Positions 1 through 8,897 of a DNA stretch of 19,929 nucleotides are shown here, one piece after another. A program made the translations under genes and the position numbers. Every line of letters begins with the position of its first letter. The stretch's first letter is position 1. Below the pieces are notes generated by a model. That model saw only the letters and a list, made by a program, of their open reading frames with translations. It had not been told where the DNA came from and ran no database searches. Source of the stretch: an uncultured archaeon (GTDB lineage Archaea; Asgardarchaeota; Lokiarchaeia; Sigyniarchaeales; SOKP01); the NCBI GenBank assembly GCA_964583985.1, contig CAZOYD010000063.1, positions 1 to 19,929 on the forward strand, written 5' to 3'.

Positions 1-1
1 T

Positions 2-376
2 GAAAGGACTTTCTCTAACAACTAAGATAAGTTTTCTATGTTCTTTAATTGTTACATCTGCTGCTCTAGTAATCAAGTTTTCCGCATAGCCATTAGCAAC
101 AGCCGCTAAAGTTTTCATGGAACAAGGAATTATAATCATTGCATCATTTTTATAAGAACCACTGGCAGGACCTGCCGTTAAATCATTGACTTCATAATAT
201 TTATCAGTTAATTCAATTAAATCCTTAATTTTAAAATCTGTTTCAATGTTTATGATTTTCTCCGCGATTTTCGATATAATTAATTCTGTTTCTAATCCAT
301 ATTTCTTCAATTGTTGGAGTAAAATTACCGCTAAACCAACGCCACTAGCACCTGTAATTGCAACGAGAATTTTCAT
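2..376 (-). CDS. ubiX: Flavin prenyltransferase UbiX (partial; runs off the left edge; not in the ORF track)
   Basis: Manual translation from ATG at 376: MKILVAITGASGVGLA...GPASGSYKNDAMIIIPCSMKTLAAVANGYAENLITRAADVTIKEHRKLILVVRESPF. This carries the UbiX motifs (ITGASG, SGS, PCSMKTLA, NLITRAAD, RESP). An archaeal SD, AGGTGA, lies just upstream (plus-strand tcacct 384-389). Confidence 0.96.
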   Translation of the reverse strand, partial: MKILVAITGASGVGLAVILLQQLKKYGLETELIISKIAEKIINIETDFKIKDLIELTDKYYEVNDLTAGPASGSYKNDAMIIIPCSMKTLAAVANGYAENLITRAADVTIKEHRKLILVVRESPF

Positions 377-411
377 AGTATTATCACCTTTTATATAAAA
401 ATTAATAGTAG

Positions 412-1479
412 TTAGAATTTTCTTTCTAATACAAAATTTAGTAAATTTTCAAAAAATTCTTTCTCGGAGTCATTTATAACTGGTCCTAATTGCTCAAGTG
501 CGCCTTCTGCTTCTTGATAATATTTAACTGCAAGTTTTTTACAAGAATTGATTGCATCCGCATCCTTGAATAGTTCTCTTACTTCTTCGACATTTTCATC
601 GGTAATCATTGATTTCGAAAGTAAATTTACCAAAAAATCCTGCTTTTTTTCATCTAAACGGTTCATGGCTTCGATTAATAAACAGGTTCTTTTTCCTTCA
701 CGAATATCTCCATCTGTAGGTTTCCCTGTTACTTTTTCGTCCCCAAATGTTCCTAAAATATCATCAACTATTTGGAAAATGATTCCCAAGTTAATTCCAA
801 GAGTAGATAAAATTCGATTGTACTTATCATCTATGCTAGCATAATTCGCACCGATTAAAATTGATTTTTCTAACAAAGCTCCCGTTTTTAATGAAATCAT
901 TTCAATATAATCTTTCATTTGTAACTTTTTTCGATTAACCATGTCTGTTTCAATCAAGACCCCATCAGCAATATCTATGAACGCTTGCTCGTAATATTTA
1001 ATCGCGTCCAAATTTCGATTCCTATCAAAATCATTAAACAGAAAAGGTTCCAATCCTAAAAAAAAAGTAGTGTCCCCACCCACAATGCCTATTGCATTGC
1101 CAAAATCTGTTTGATTCATTTTTTTTAGGCTATAATTATTATGATACAGTTGAAATCTATAATGAAATGCAGGATTGCCTCTTCTAAAATTGTCCTTATC
1201 AATAATATCGTCATGTACAAGTGAAGCATTATGAAGGAATTCCACTCCTACACTTGGTGTTATGATTTTATCATCTTTTTCATCGTTGAATGCGTTATAA
1301 GTAGCAATACATAGTAAAGGGCGAATTCTCTTCCCTCCTGCGAGGAGATATGTTTTTATCTCTTCATAGTAAGATTTTAAAAATGCATTGTTGATGTTTT
1401 CTAATTTTTTATCAAGAATCGTTCCGATTACACTATTTATCTTTGGAATGTATATTTTTGCATATTCTGTAAATTTCAT
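412..1479 (-). CDS. Trans-isoprenyl (polyprenyl) diphosphate synthase, IdsA/IspB family
   Basis: GGKRIRP, FARM LVHDDIID followed by RRG, KTG and SARM FQIVDDILG, then DIREGK. SD-like AGGTG upstream. Confidence 0.95.
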   Translation of the reverse strand: MKFTEYAKIYIPKINSVIGTILDKKLENINNAFLKSYYEEIKTYLLAGGKRIRPLLCIATYNAFNDEKDDKIITPSVGVEFLHNASLVHDDIIDKDNFRRGNPAFHYRFQLYHNNYSLKKMNQTDFGNAIGIVGGDTTFFLGLEPFLFNDFDRNRNLDAIKYYEQAFIDIADGVLIETDMVNRKKLQMKDYIEMISLKTGALLEKSILIGANYASIDDKYNRILSTLGINLGIIFQIVDDILGTFGDEKVTGKPTDGDIREGKRTCLLIEAMNRLDEKKQDFLVNLLSKSMITDENVEEVRELFKDADAINSCKKLAVKYYQEAEGALEQLGPVINDSEKEFFENLLNFVLERKF

Positions 1480-1495
1480 TTGTTCTACACCTTAC

Positions 1496-2602
1496 TTATA
1501 TCAATTTTTTCACTACAATTTCGGAAGCGCGGTGCGTTTCCCACAATTTTAAAAAATTCTTTAAACTTTCATCATCCTTGAAAATTTTATCTCTCAATAT
1601 TCTCTTTGCCTTTAATATCGTGAGGAATCTCCGATCTAAAGATCTTTCGTATGTAGTTCCCAACCTATCGAGTCTATCTCTTCTCTCGCAAGTCATTATC
1701 GTTTCGATAGCAATTTGACCTGATATCATGGCATAAGGTATCCCTTTTCCGCTTATGGGATCAACCATTCCTCCTGCATCGCCCACAGCAAACACATTCT
1801 CTTCATAAAGTTTCGATCTAAGTCCTACAGGAATCAAGTGAGGCTTAAAAATTTCCATTGTGGAATTTTTCAGGGCTTGCTTTACATATGGAAGCGTCCA
1901 AAACTTGTCAAATTCTTTTCTTGAATTCCTTATCAAATTAATTTGGTTGCCCCACCCAACCGTGATATTGTGGTCTTTTGGAAACAACCATGCATAACCC
2001 ACTTGTATTAAATCCTTGATCCCGAAAAACAAATGAACGGTATCCTTTCCAAGAATTTTATCAATATAAGATTGGGGAGTATTCATTTCTTTAGTAATCG
2101 TTAAAATTACATCTTGACTTTTAAAAAAAGGCCAGCCTAATTGCTTTAGAGTAGGAGAGCAAACACCATCGGCAGCTATTACATATTTTGCTTTATATTC
2201 ATCTTTCCGGGTTGTTATATGATAACCAGCATTAACTTCATTAATTTTAATTAATTGCTCATTGTCTTTTAATATAACACCGCTCTCAATCGCTAAACCT
2301 GTTAAGAATTTATCAAATACATCCCTCCACACAACTGCACCTTTTCCTTTCTTTGAAAAATCTTCACCATCAACGTGATGAAGCTCCAATGATTCAATAA
2401 CACGAGCAATTTTCTCTTCGGGATAGTGAATTTCTTCCACTAACTCCCAAGCCATGGCGCCTCCACAAGCTTTATATCTCCCCTTCTCTGCGAGCGATTC
2501 TTTTTCAATAAGACAGGTGGAATATCCATTTTCCGCAGCAAATTTTGCGGCGATTGATCCTCCTGGACCCGCTCCAACTACAATTATATCAAATTCCTTC
2601 AT
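1496..2602 (-). CDS. Geranylgeranyl reductase family FAD-dependent oxidoreductase
   Basis: N-terminal Rossmann motif VVGAGPGG, KACGG, AADG, GYAWLFPK (YxWxFP) and VGDAGGMVDPISGKGIPYA. First gene of an apparent operon with the prenyl synthase and ubiX (gaps of 16 and 35 nt). Confidence 0.92.
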   Translation of the reverse strand: MKEFDIIVVGAGPGGSIAAKFAAENGYSTCLIEKESLAEKGRYKACGGAMAWELVEEIHYPEEKIARVIESLELHHVDGEDFSKKGKGAVVWRDVFDKFLTGLAIESGVILKDNEQLIKINEVNAGYHITTRKDEYKAKYVIAADGVCSPTLKQLGWPFFKSQDVILTITKEMNTPQSYIDKILGKDTVHLFFGIKDLIQVGYAWLFPKDHNITVGWGNQINLIRNSRKEFDKFWTLPYVKQALKNSTMEIFKPHLIPVGLRSKLYEENVFAVGDAGGMVDPISGKGIPYAMISGQIAIETIMTCERRDRLDRLGTTYERSLDRRFLTILKAKRILRDKIFKDDESLKNFLKLWETHRASEIVVKKLI

Positions 2603-2810
2603 GTGAAATTCAATTTTTTTTATGGATTTGTGTTAAAAAATATATATGATTTAAAAAGAGTTTCACATAACACACACTATTAATTATTGAGAATATTAAA
2701 TGTATGATTTGAAATTGGTGGAAATTTAATTATCATCAAAAAATTGTTCTCCAATATTTAAAATCCTTAAAAAAATGAACACCACTCATATCTTTTTATG
2801 TTTCATTCAA

Positions 2811-2826
2811 CAAAAATTTATATATA
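2811..2826 (+). promoter_or_regulatory. Putative archaeal BRE/TATA promoter for a leaderless transcript of the 7TM gene
   Basis: CAAAAA-TTTATATA, with the TATA element at 2817-2824, about 30 to 23 nt upstream of ATG 2847. No SD is visible. Confidence 0.5.
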
Positions 2827-2846
2827 TTATCTCCCAATGATAAGTT

Positions 2847-3596
2847 ATGAGCTATACACCATTTGATATTCGCGTTGTTCCAATATTCATATATTATATT
2901 GCTCTATCAATATTTGGCATTTTTTTAACGCTGAAGATGTACAATAAATGGAGAGAACGTAAAGTAAATCCCCCCTTATATCTTTCTATTGTATTTCTAT
3001 TTTTAACTTCCGCCTTGGTAATGCTTACCATAGGACTTGCTGAAGCCGTGATCACTGGATATTACATGGAAATCTACCGTTTTTCGCTCCCTTTTGCATA
3101 TGGGATGGTGATAATTGCAGACATTTTTTTGTTTAAATTTATTATCGAATTAGTAAATAAAGGAAAAAAAGCTTTCATTCCGCTAATTATAGTTGGATTG
3201 TGTATCTTTGTCATATTATTTTTACCTTGGAATTGGTGGGGGTTTCCACCCGAAGATTATGCCGGTCTTCTCAATATTCGCTTATATTCAACGTTATCAC
3301 TGGTACTATACTCCTATATAGTATACATTCTAATTGCACGAATAAGCTTAAAATCTGCAAAAATCACAAAAGATGCTACCATTAAACTTGGATTAAAGCT
3401 ATTATTTTACGCAATGATAAGCATGATCCTCTTCTTTCTAATGTTTATCGCTGATACGTTAATGATTATATTATTTCATCACCCAGGATATTCCGAATTT
3501 GTATATATCGCATGGATTTTTGCAGTCCTCTTCTATATCTTCTGTTATATCTCTTTAGTAATGCCTAAGTGGGTTTTAAGAAGAATTAAGGAATAA
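2847..3596 (+). CDS. Hypothetical seven-transmembrane protein (Asgard-type 7TM, no cytoplasmic domain)
   Basis: Seven hydrophobic ~20-aa segments counted by eye, basic cytoplasmic loops (KWRERK, KGKK, KSAKITK) and a final helix ending in MPKW. Confidence 0.8.
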   Translation: MSYTPFDIRVVPIFIYYIALSIFGIFLTLKMYNKWRERKVNPPLYLSIVFLFLTSALVMLTIGLAEAVITGYYMEIYRFSLPFAYGMVIIADIFLFKFIIELVNKGKKAFIPLIIVGLCIFVILFLPWNWWGFPPEDYAGLLNIRLYSTLSLVLYSYIVYILIARISLKSAKITKDATIKLGLKLLFYAMISMILFFLMFIADTLMIILFHHPGYSEFVYIAWIFAVLFYIFCYISLVMPKWVLRRIKE

Positions 3597-3600
3597 TAGG

Positions 3601-3620
3601 TTCTTTTTTTATTTTTTTTA
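3601..3620 (+). terminator. Oligo(T) archaeal terminator candidate
   Basis: TTCTTTTTTTATTTTTTTTA directly after the 7TM stop codon, in the 25-nt gap between convergent genes. Confidence 0.5.
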
Positions 3621-3621
3621 T

Positions 3622-6420
3622 TTACTTCATCATCTTTTTAGTTTTTATTCTGAATGTAGCAATGACGTTGGGATCTAATAAAATTTCTATAGAATTTGCT
3701 AAAACTTTAGTAATTGTTGCTTTTATCTCTCTCTCAGGCGCTTCTTCTAAAAAATTTACAATTTTAGCTTCCAAAATGGACATTTTTTCATAAAACCTCA
3801 ATTCACCATTCTCGGAAGATGATGAGATGTTGTATACTCGCACAATTATATCATTACCTTTATCTGATTTTTTCAATGCACTTAGGATGATGTTCGAATT
3901 ATTAATCTCAAGAAAACTTAATTCAGGAGGGAGATAGGAACCGATAGTTTTCTCGAGAGGTTTATCAAAATACGATAATATCCCGAATGGTTTTATTACA
4001 GCCTTATCAGCGGCTCTCATTGAAGAACTTACAATTGATGGGAAAACCACCTTGAGAGGATTGTTGATTTCTTTTCCAGCGTGATGAATTTTAGCATCAA
4101 TCCAATTAGAAGCTCCTTCTTGAGTAATCATGGTAATTTCAAATACATGCTTACCAATGCATTGAGCCTCAGGAGTATTTAAATCAGGTCCAGCATTGCT
4201 AGCTCTTGTAGTTAAATCGTGTCTTGATAACCACTCAATGCATCTCAGTAATGTTATTGCAAGTGTAATCGTTTCGTCAGCATTTTTTAACGCTTCGTAT
4301 TCAGGTAAACCCTTATTGATCACGGCAAACGTTCGTTCATTGGTGCTAACAGAGACAAAATCCTTTTGATGATTTGTTGGTAAGGGTTTTTGAGCCCATT
4401 TTTCAGCGATGGGAAGATTTATGTTTCTTGGAATCACGTAAAAATGGCTATCACAATCCACTATCTTGGTTTTCATCTTAGTAGGAAATAACACTCTAAT
4501 ACGATGGTCCTTGCTGTTATTCTCAAGTAAGACCTTGAAATCAATACGCTTAATACCTCTATATAAAGTAATGTAAATTGATATCAAGTTAGGAACAAGA
4601 CAAGCATCTCTACTATATCTATCCTCAGTTAAGGATGATGGCAGATTCAAATTTGATTCAATCTTAATCGTTTTTTGGGAGAACCCATCAATATAGGGTT
4701 CTATATTCAAAAGTTCAAGGTCTTCAGATGAAAAATGTAAATCTGTTTGATTTTCTTGAGGGGCTGCAAAGTCATATTCATCACCCCAATCTCCTACATC
4801 TTCAAAGTAGCAGACATTTTCATAGATTTCATTAATTTCTTTATCTAAAACTTCGATGATCCCTTTTGAAGAAATCTGCACCTTATAAAATTCATTTTCA
4901 ATGGAATTTTTGGTCAAGCTCAATAATGAATCTTTTATTTCGAATTCTTCTGCTACTTGGTCAGGGATCAAGTAGAACACCTTATACCCGCAAGCTGGTA
5001 CTTCCTCTATAAAACTACAGAAATGACTCATCGAAAAGACCGTTTGATATCGTGGTTCTTCACTTACGTGTCTCACTTGATACGGGATGGATTTCCCCTT
5101 AGAATCCGCTATAATGAAATCTCCCGGTGACTTTATTGTAGCATTCTTCACGTGTGAAAAGATGTTAAAATGAATGATGTCCTTTCTTTTCCATGGAAGG
5201 GGATTGTAAACAATAAATGGAATTTTATTTTCAGTAGTATCATATTTTATCAGATCCATAAGATATAACGAGGTATTTTTGAATATTTCTTCTCCTATTT
5301 GCTCAGCCCAATCAAACCTGGTTTTCATTTCATCATGAACTTGGTCGATAGAGCACCCACAGATACTATCATGAGGATGATTTTTGATTAACCATTTTAG
5401 TCCAGTAAGAATATAACCTTGCGGGTACCTAAATTCATTGTAATCATCAAGTGCCCAGGTTATCGCAGCAAGAGGTTCAGTATATTTTTCATATAAATAT
5501 TCAATCGATGTATTTCGTTGTTTTATCCACATTCTTGCTGAAAGTACGCCTGATAATAGGTGAGCATGTTTGCCACCCCTAAGTTCTCCTTGAAATGAAT
5601 TCAATTTTGGTTGAGAATCTAAAATTTTACTGACAAAATATTCCACATCATTTTGTTCCATGAATTTTTCAGGATGTTTTTTATTCCATTGTCTCACGAT
5701 TTCAGGAATTTCTGGTTTAGCTTCATGATGATCTGAACCACTATTAAGAAGAATAAAAGGCGTAGCAGTATATTTCTCAAAGTACGATATGACTCTTTTC
5801 ATTTTAGATAACGCTGCCTTATATTCTCCGTTAATTTTTTTTATGCTTATATCAGCGACAGATCCATAACTCAAAATCAATAGAACACCCAGAATTGACG
5901 CTGCATTTCCAGGAGAATTCCACCAAAATTCTACATTTAAGTTATTATCTTCAAATTCATTACCAAAACCCCTCCAAAATAGAACCGCGGGTAGTTCGAA
6001 TCCACTCAAAATTTGGGGTAATTGTGCGATGTGGCCGAAGGGGTCCGGTATGTAGCCTGCTTTCATCACCTTGCCATATTTTTGAGAGAGTTGATAACCA
6101 ATTTGCAAGTTTCGAATTAAAGATTCACCACTGACTAAAAATTCATCGGGTAAAACATACATTGGACCGATTGATAACCGATTTTCTATGATATAAGTCC
6201 TGATTTCTTGCTTTAACTCCGGACGGACTTCCAAATAGTCTTCTAGCGGTATAACTTGTCCATCTAACATAAAATTTTTGTAGCTTGGATCCGTTTTTAA
6301 GATGTTCATTAATTTATCCATCATTAAAACTAATCTTGCTCGATATTCTTGAAAGGGGAGATACCATTCACGGTCCCAGTGAGTTTCAGGCACTATAATT
6401 ATATGAGTCGAATTAACCAT
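3622..6420 (-). CDS. Glycoside hydrolase family 38 alpha-mannosidase (MngB/AMS1-like)
   Basis: ETHWDREWY (Zn ligands), LDGQ, PDEFLVSGESLIRNL, YIPDPFGH (nucleophile Asp) and HPHDSICGCS. The 932-aa length is typical of the family. Confidence 0.95.
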   Translation of the reverse strand: MVNSTHIIIVPETHWDREWYLPFQEYRARLVLMMDKLMNILKTDPSYKNFMLDGQVIPLEDYLEVRPELKQEIRTYIIENRLSIGPMYVLPDEFLVSGESLIRNLQIGYQLSQKYGKVMKAGYIPDPFGHIAQLPQILSGFELPAVLFWRGFGNEFEDNNLNVEFWWNSPGNAASILGVLLILSYGSVADISIKKINGEYKAALSKMKRVISYFEKYTATPFILLNSGSDHHEAKPEIPEIVRQWNKKHPEKFMEQNDVEYFVSKILDSQPKLNSFQGELRGGKHAHLLSGVLSARMWIKQRNTSIEYLYEKYTEPLAAITWALDDYNEFRYPQGYILTGLKWLIKNHPHDSICGCSIDQVHDEMKTRFDWAEQIGEEIFKNTSLYLMDLIKYDTTENKIPFIVYNPLPWKRKDIIHFNIFSHVKNATIKSPGDFIIADSKGKSIPYQVRHVSEEPRYQTVFSMSHFCSFIEEVPACGYKVFYLIPDQVAEEFEIKDSLLSLTKNSIENEFYKVQISSKGIIEVLDKEINEIYENVCYFEDVGDWGDEYDFAAPQENQTDLHFSSEDLELLNIEPYIDGFSQKTIKIESNLNLPSSLTEDRYSRDACLVPNLISIYITLYRGIKRIDFKVLLENNSKDHRIRVLFPTKMKTKIVDCDSHFYVIPRNINLPIAEKWAQKPLPTNHQKDFVSVSTNERTFAVINKGLPEYEALKNADETITLAITLLRCIEWLSRHDLTTRASNAGPDLNTPEAQCIGKHVFEITMITQEGASNWIDAKIHHAGKEINNPLKVVFPSIVSSSMRAADKAVIKPFGILSYFDKPLEKTIGSYLPPELSFLEINNSNIILSALKKSDKGNDIIVRVYNISSSSENGELRFYEKMSILEAKIVNFLEEAPEREIKATITKVLANSIEILLDPNVIATFRIKTKKMMK

Positions 6421-6552
6421 AATTATAAACTTGTATATTTAATTGGAGAAGGTAATTTAAATTGGTTTAAATGGTTTTTTAAAAAAGGAATTTAGTTATT
6501 TTTATCGGAATTCAGAAAAAAACTAATAAATTGCCCGATATTACCGATTATT

Positions 6553-7227
6553 ATGCAAAAAAGTATCAAAATTTTAACTAACCGACCTCTCCTTGCAGCA
6601 TGGGCAGGTATGATTGGACCCATTCTCTTCGGTGTTATATTCACAGTTGAGAGTTAGCTTCGTCTCGGTTATGACCAATTTGAAATGTATATCAGTGTAC
6701 TGTCGCTTGGTCCACGCGGTTGGATTCAAATTGTGAATTTCATTGCGTTCGGTACGCTTTTTCTCGTGTTTTCATGTGGTATTGCCACTGAGTTTCGAGT
6801 AAAAAAAGCATCGCGGGTGGGACCCATGCTGTTCGTAATCATTGCGATTTGTTTATTTTTTTCTGGTCCTTTCGTAATGGATCCCATGGCTAACTTTTCA
6901 GACCAGATGACTTGGCATGGCATAATACATAATATCTTAGGAGTAATCGTGTTTTTACTCTCCCCTGTTAGCTGTTTTGTATTCTTGCGCCATTTTCGTA
7001 AAGATTCAAATTGGCAATCGCTTCGATCATGGACTTTTGCGGCGGGAATGATCATTACTGGAGCAGTTGTGGTGCTAGCCATCGCGCAAAAAAGTGCAAT
7101 AGTAGCGCCTAATGCATTAACGGATTGGACGGGTTTTATTCAACGAATAGCACTTATCACGTACTTATGTTGGTTATTCACCTTCGCATTGGTATTCAGA
7201 AAGCAAATTAAAAGGGATAATAGATAA
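6553..7227 (+). pseudogene. DUF998-family membrane protein interrupted by an in-frame TAG at 6655-6657
   Basis: The frame of ORF 6685..7227 extends upstream to ATG 6553: MQKSIKILTNRPLLAAWAGMIGPILFGVIFTVES*LRLGYDQFEMYISVLSLGPRGW. That extension supplies the first TM helix and the (P)GY...IS.L motif of DUF998. The downstream part has FVMDP and HGIIH and a GFIQR motif. Confidence 0.75.
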
Positions 7228-7256
7228 AAAAAATCGTTGGATATTCACATTAGTAT

Positions 7257-8765
7257 TTAAATTATTGATTTTCCCACTACACTTTTATGAGGTTTTTTTC
7301 CTAATAATCTCAATAAAGATGGTACCATATCTGTCGTTTTACAATATGGCAACTCCGTTGTTGGGAGTTCTGGCGATCCACCAATTATAAATGGCACGAT
7401 CATTGATTTTCGCAAGCAAATGTCGTGGGAGTATTGATGAGGAGCGACAGTTTTACCATGTTCATAACTGAACCCATCTATTCCTAAAGTGGATATGATG
7501 ATATCGCACGAGCGGGGATTTTTGAAATATCGTGGTATTTGATCAATTATCATTGGAAAATCTATGTGATTGGTTCCTTCCAACCAAGAGTTAATATCAT
7601 GAAATTTTCCATTTAATAAGACAGCGGAACGTTCATCGCGTTCATATCCATATAATTCGAGATTTTCGAAAACATATTTCGTTTTCTGATTCTTTCCATG
7701 GTCTTCATATTCAATTCTTCCTTCATGAATCTGGAATCCCTCATCTCGATATCGTATATGGATCGTTCCTTTATCTGGAGTGTTGCTATCATCACGATAA
7801 TACATGTATTTTACCCCAGGGATCTTCCAAAGCGTTTTAAATATATCAATATTCGATTTACCGGTTCTACTTAGTTTAAAATCTTTCATCTCTTCGATGG
7901 TTGGATGGAGGTGCCAATTTTTTCCATGAAAATTAAAAAACCCAACGCACCCAAAATTCGCATCAAAATCCCCAGTACCATTCTTAGGATTATATTGTGT
8001 CAGTCCCACTTCATTAAAAAACGGCTCAAGATCATGCATCTTCTCTGTTTTGTAATTTCCATGATCAGAGATGATCCCTATTGCTGTCGAATCGTTATAT
8101 CCTGTTTCTTTTAGTGTTTGGATAATATTTCCAATACCGGCATCTGCTTTAATTATTTCGTTTATATATTCTGGATGATCAAAGCCTCTATTGTGCATCA
8201 AATCATCGGTTTTAGGAACATACGCAGCAGTGACGATGGGAGCTTCATCAAATTGGAACTGCTTTGGGTTCTTAAATGTGTTTTCAACTGTTTTAAGAAT
8301 CGAAGCGGTGGTGTATTCCTCCGGGGGAACAAATGTTGACCCGCGATTAATCAAGTTCAAAGAACTCAGAAAATTACCTTCTCCCGCTTGTTCAAAAATG
8401 GTCTTAACATTTACCCCGATATCCGTATTTATCTTGCGGATATGTCGCGCAGTACCGTAATTATGGATTGCCGGAAATCTCTCTTCTTCTGTCGGAGGAT
8501 CAGATCTTCCAACCCAATGATACAACGGAATACCACTTCCATCTTTTGGGTAATACCCCGAATAAGCTCCTAAAAGGATATTGCTATAACATGGAAATGT
8601 AATGCTTGGAAAGGATGTGACACAATTTTGGCAAGAGATCCCATCCCGTGCTAATTTAGCTAAGTTTGGAAGCTTACCATTGTGCATCAAATCAAATAGA
8701 TGGGATGCTCTCACATCATCCATCAAAATTAAGATAACACGATCAATGGCTCCTTTATTAGTCAT
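7257..8765 (-). CDS. Alkaline phosphatase superfamily protein (type I phosphodiesterase / nucleotide pyrophosphatase-like)
   Basis: ILILMDD, TSFPSITFP (Thr nucleophile), DDLMH, IISDHG and C-terminal SHD metal-ligand motifs. Confidence 0.9.
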   Translation of the reverse strand: MTNKGAIDRVILILMDDVRASHLFDLMHNGKLPNLAKLARDGISCQNCVTSFPSITFPCYSNILLGAYSGYYPKDGSGIPLYHWVGRSDPPTEEERFPAIHNYGTARHIRKINTDIGVNVKTIFEQAGEGNFLSSLNLINRGSTFVPPEEYTTASILKTVENTFKNPKQFQFDEAPIVTAAYVPKTDDLMHNRGFDHPEYINEIIKADAGIGNIIQTLKETGYNDSTAIGIISDHGNYKTEKMHDLEPFFNEVGLTQYNPKNGTGDFDANFGCVGFFNFHGKNWHLHPTIEEMKDFKLSRTGKSNIDIFKTLWKIPGVKYMYYRDDSNTPDKGTIHIRYRDEGFQIHEGRIEYEDHGKNQKTKYVFENLELYGYERDERSAVLLNGKFHDINSWLEGTNHIDFPMIIDQIPRYFKNPRSCDIIISTLGIDGFSYEHGKTVAPHQYSHDICLRKSMIVPFIIGGSPELPTTELPYCKTTDMVPSLLRLLGKKPHKSVVGKSII

Positions 8766-8897
8766 GAGTAGTAATATTCATCATGGTTAAAAACCATTTT
8801 TTTTTACTTGTTGCTTTTTTTCTTATTGATTGTATTCTTTCATAGCTCGATGAGTGAAAGCAAAAAATATTTCTAATATTGACTATTTTGTTTATCA

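Noticed and set aside
2847-3596. Microbial rhodopsin, heliorhodopsin or schizorhodopsin
   Set aside because: There is no retinal-binding Lys within helix 7 (no DxxxK/SxxxK) and no RYxxW-like motif in helix 3. The same applies to the two 7TM-longin proteins.
6655-6657. Pyrrolysine codon as the primary interpretation
   Set aside because: The TAG is one transition away from TGG at a position where Trp is plausible, the gene looks foreign, and no pyl genes are in the window. Kept only as an alternative.
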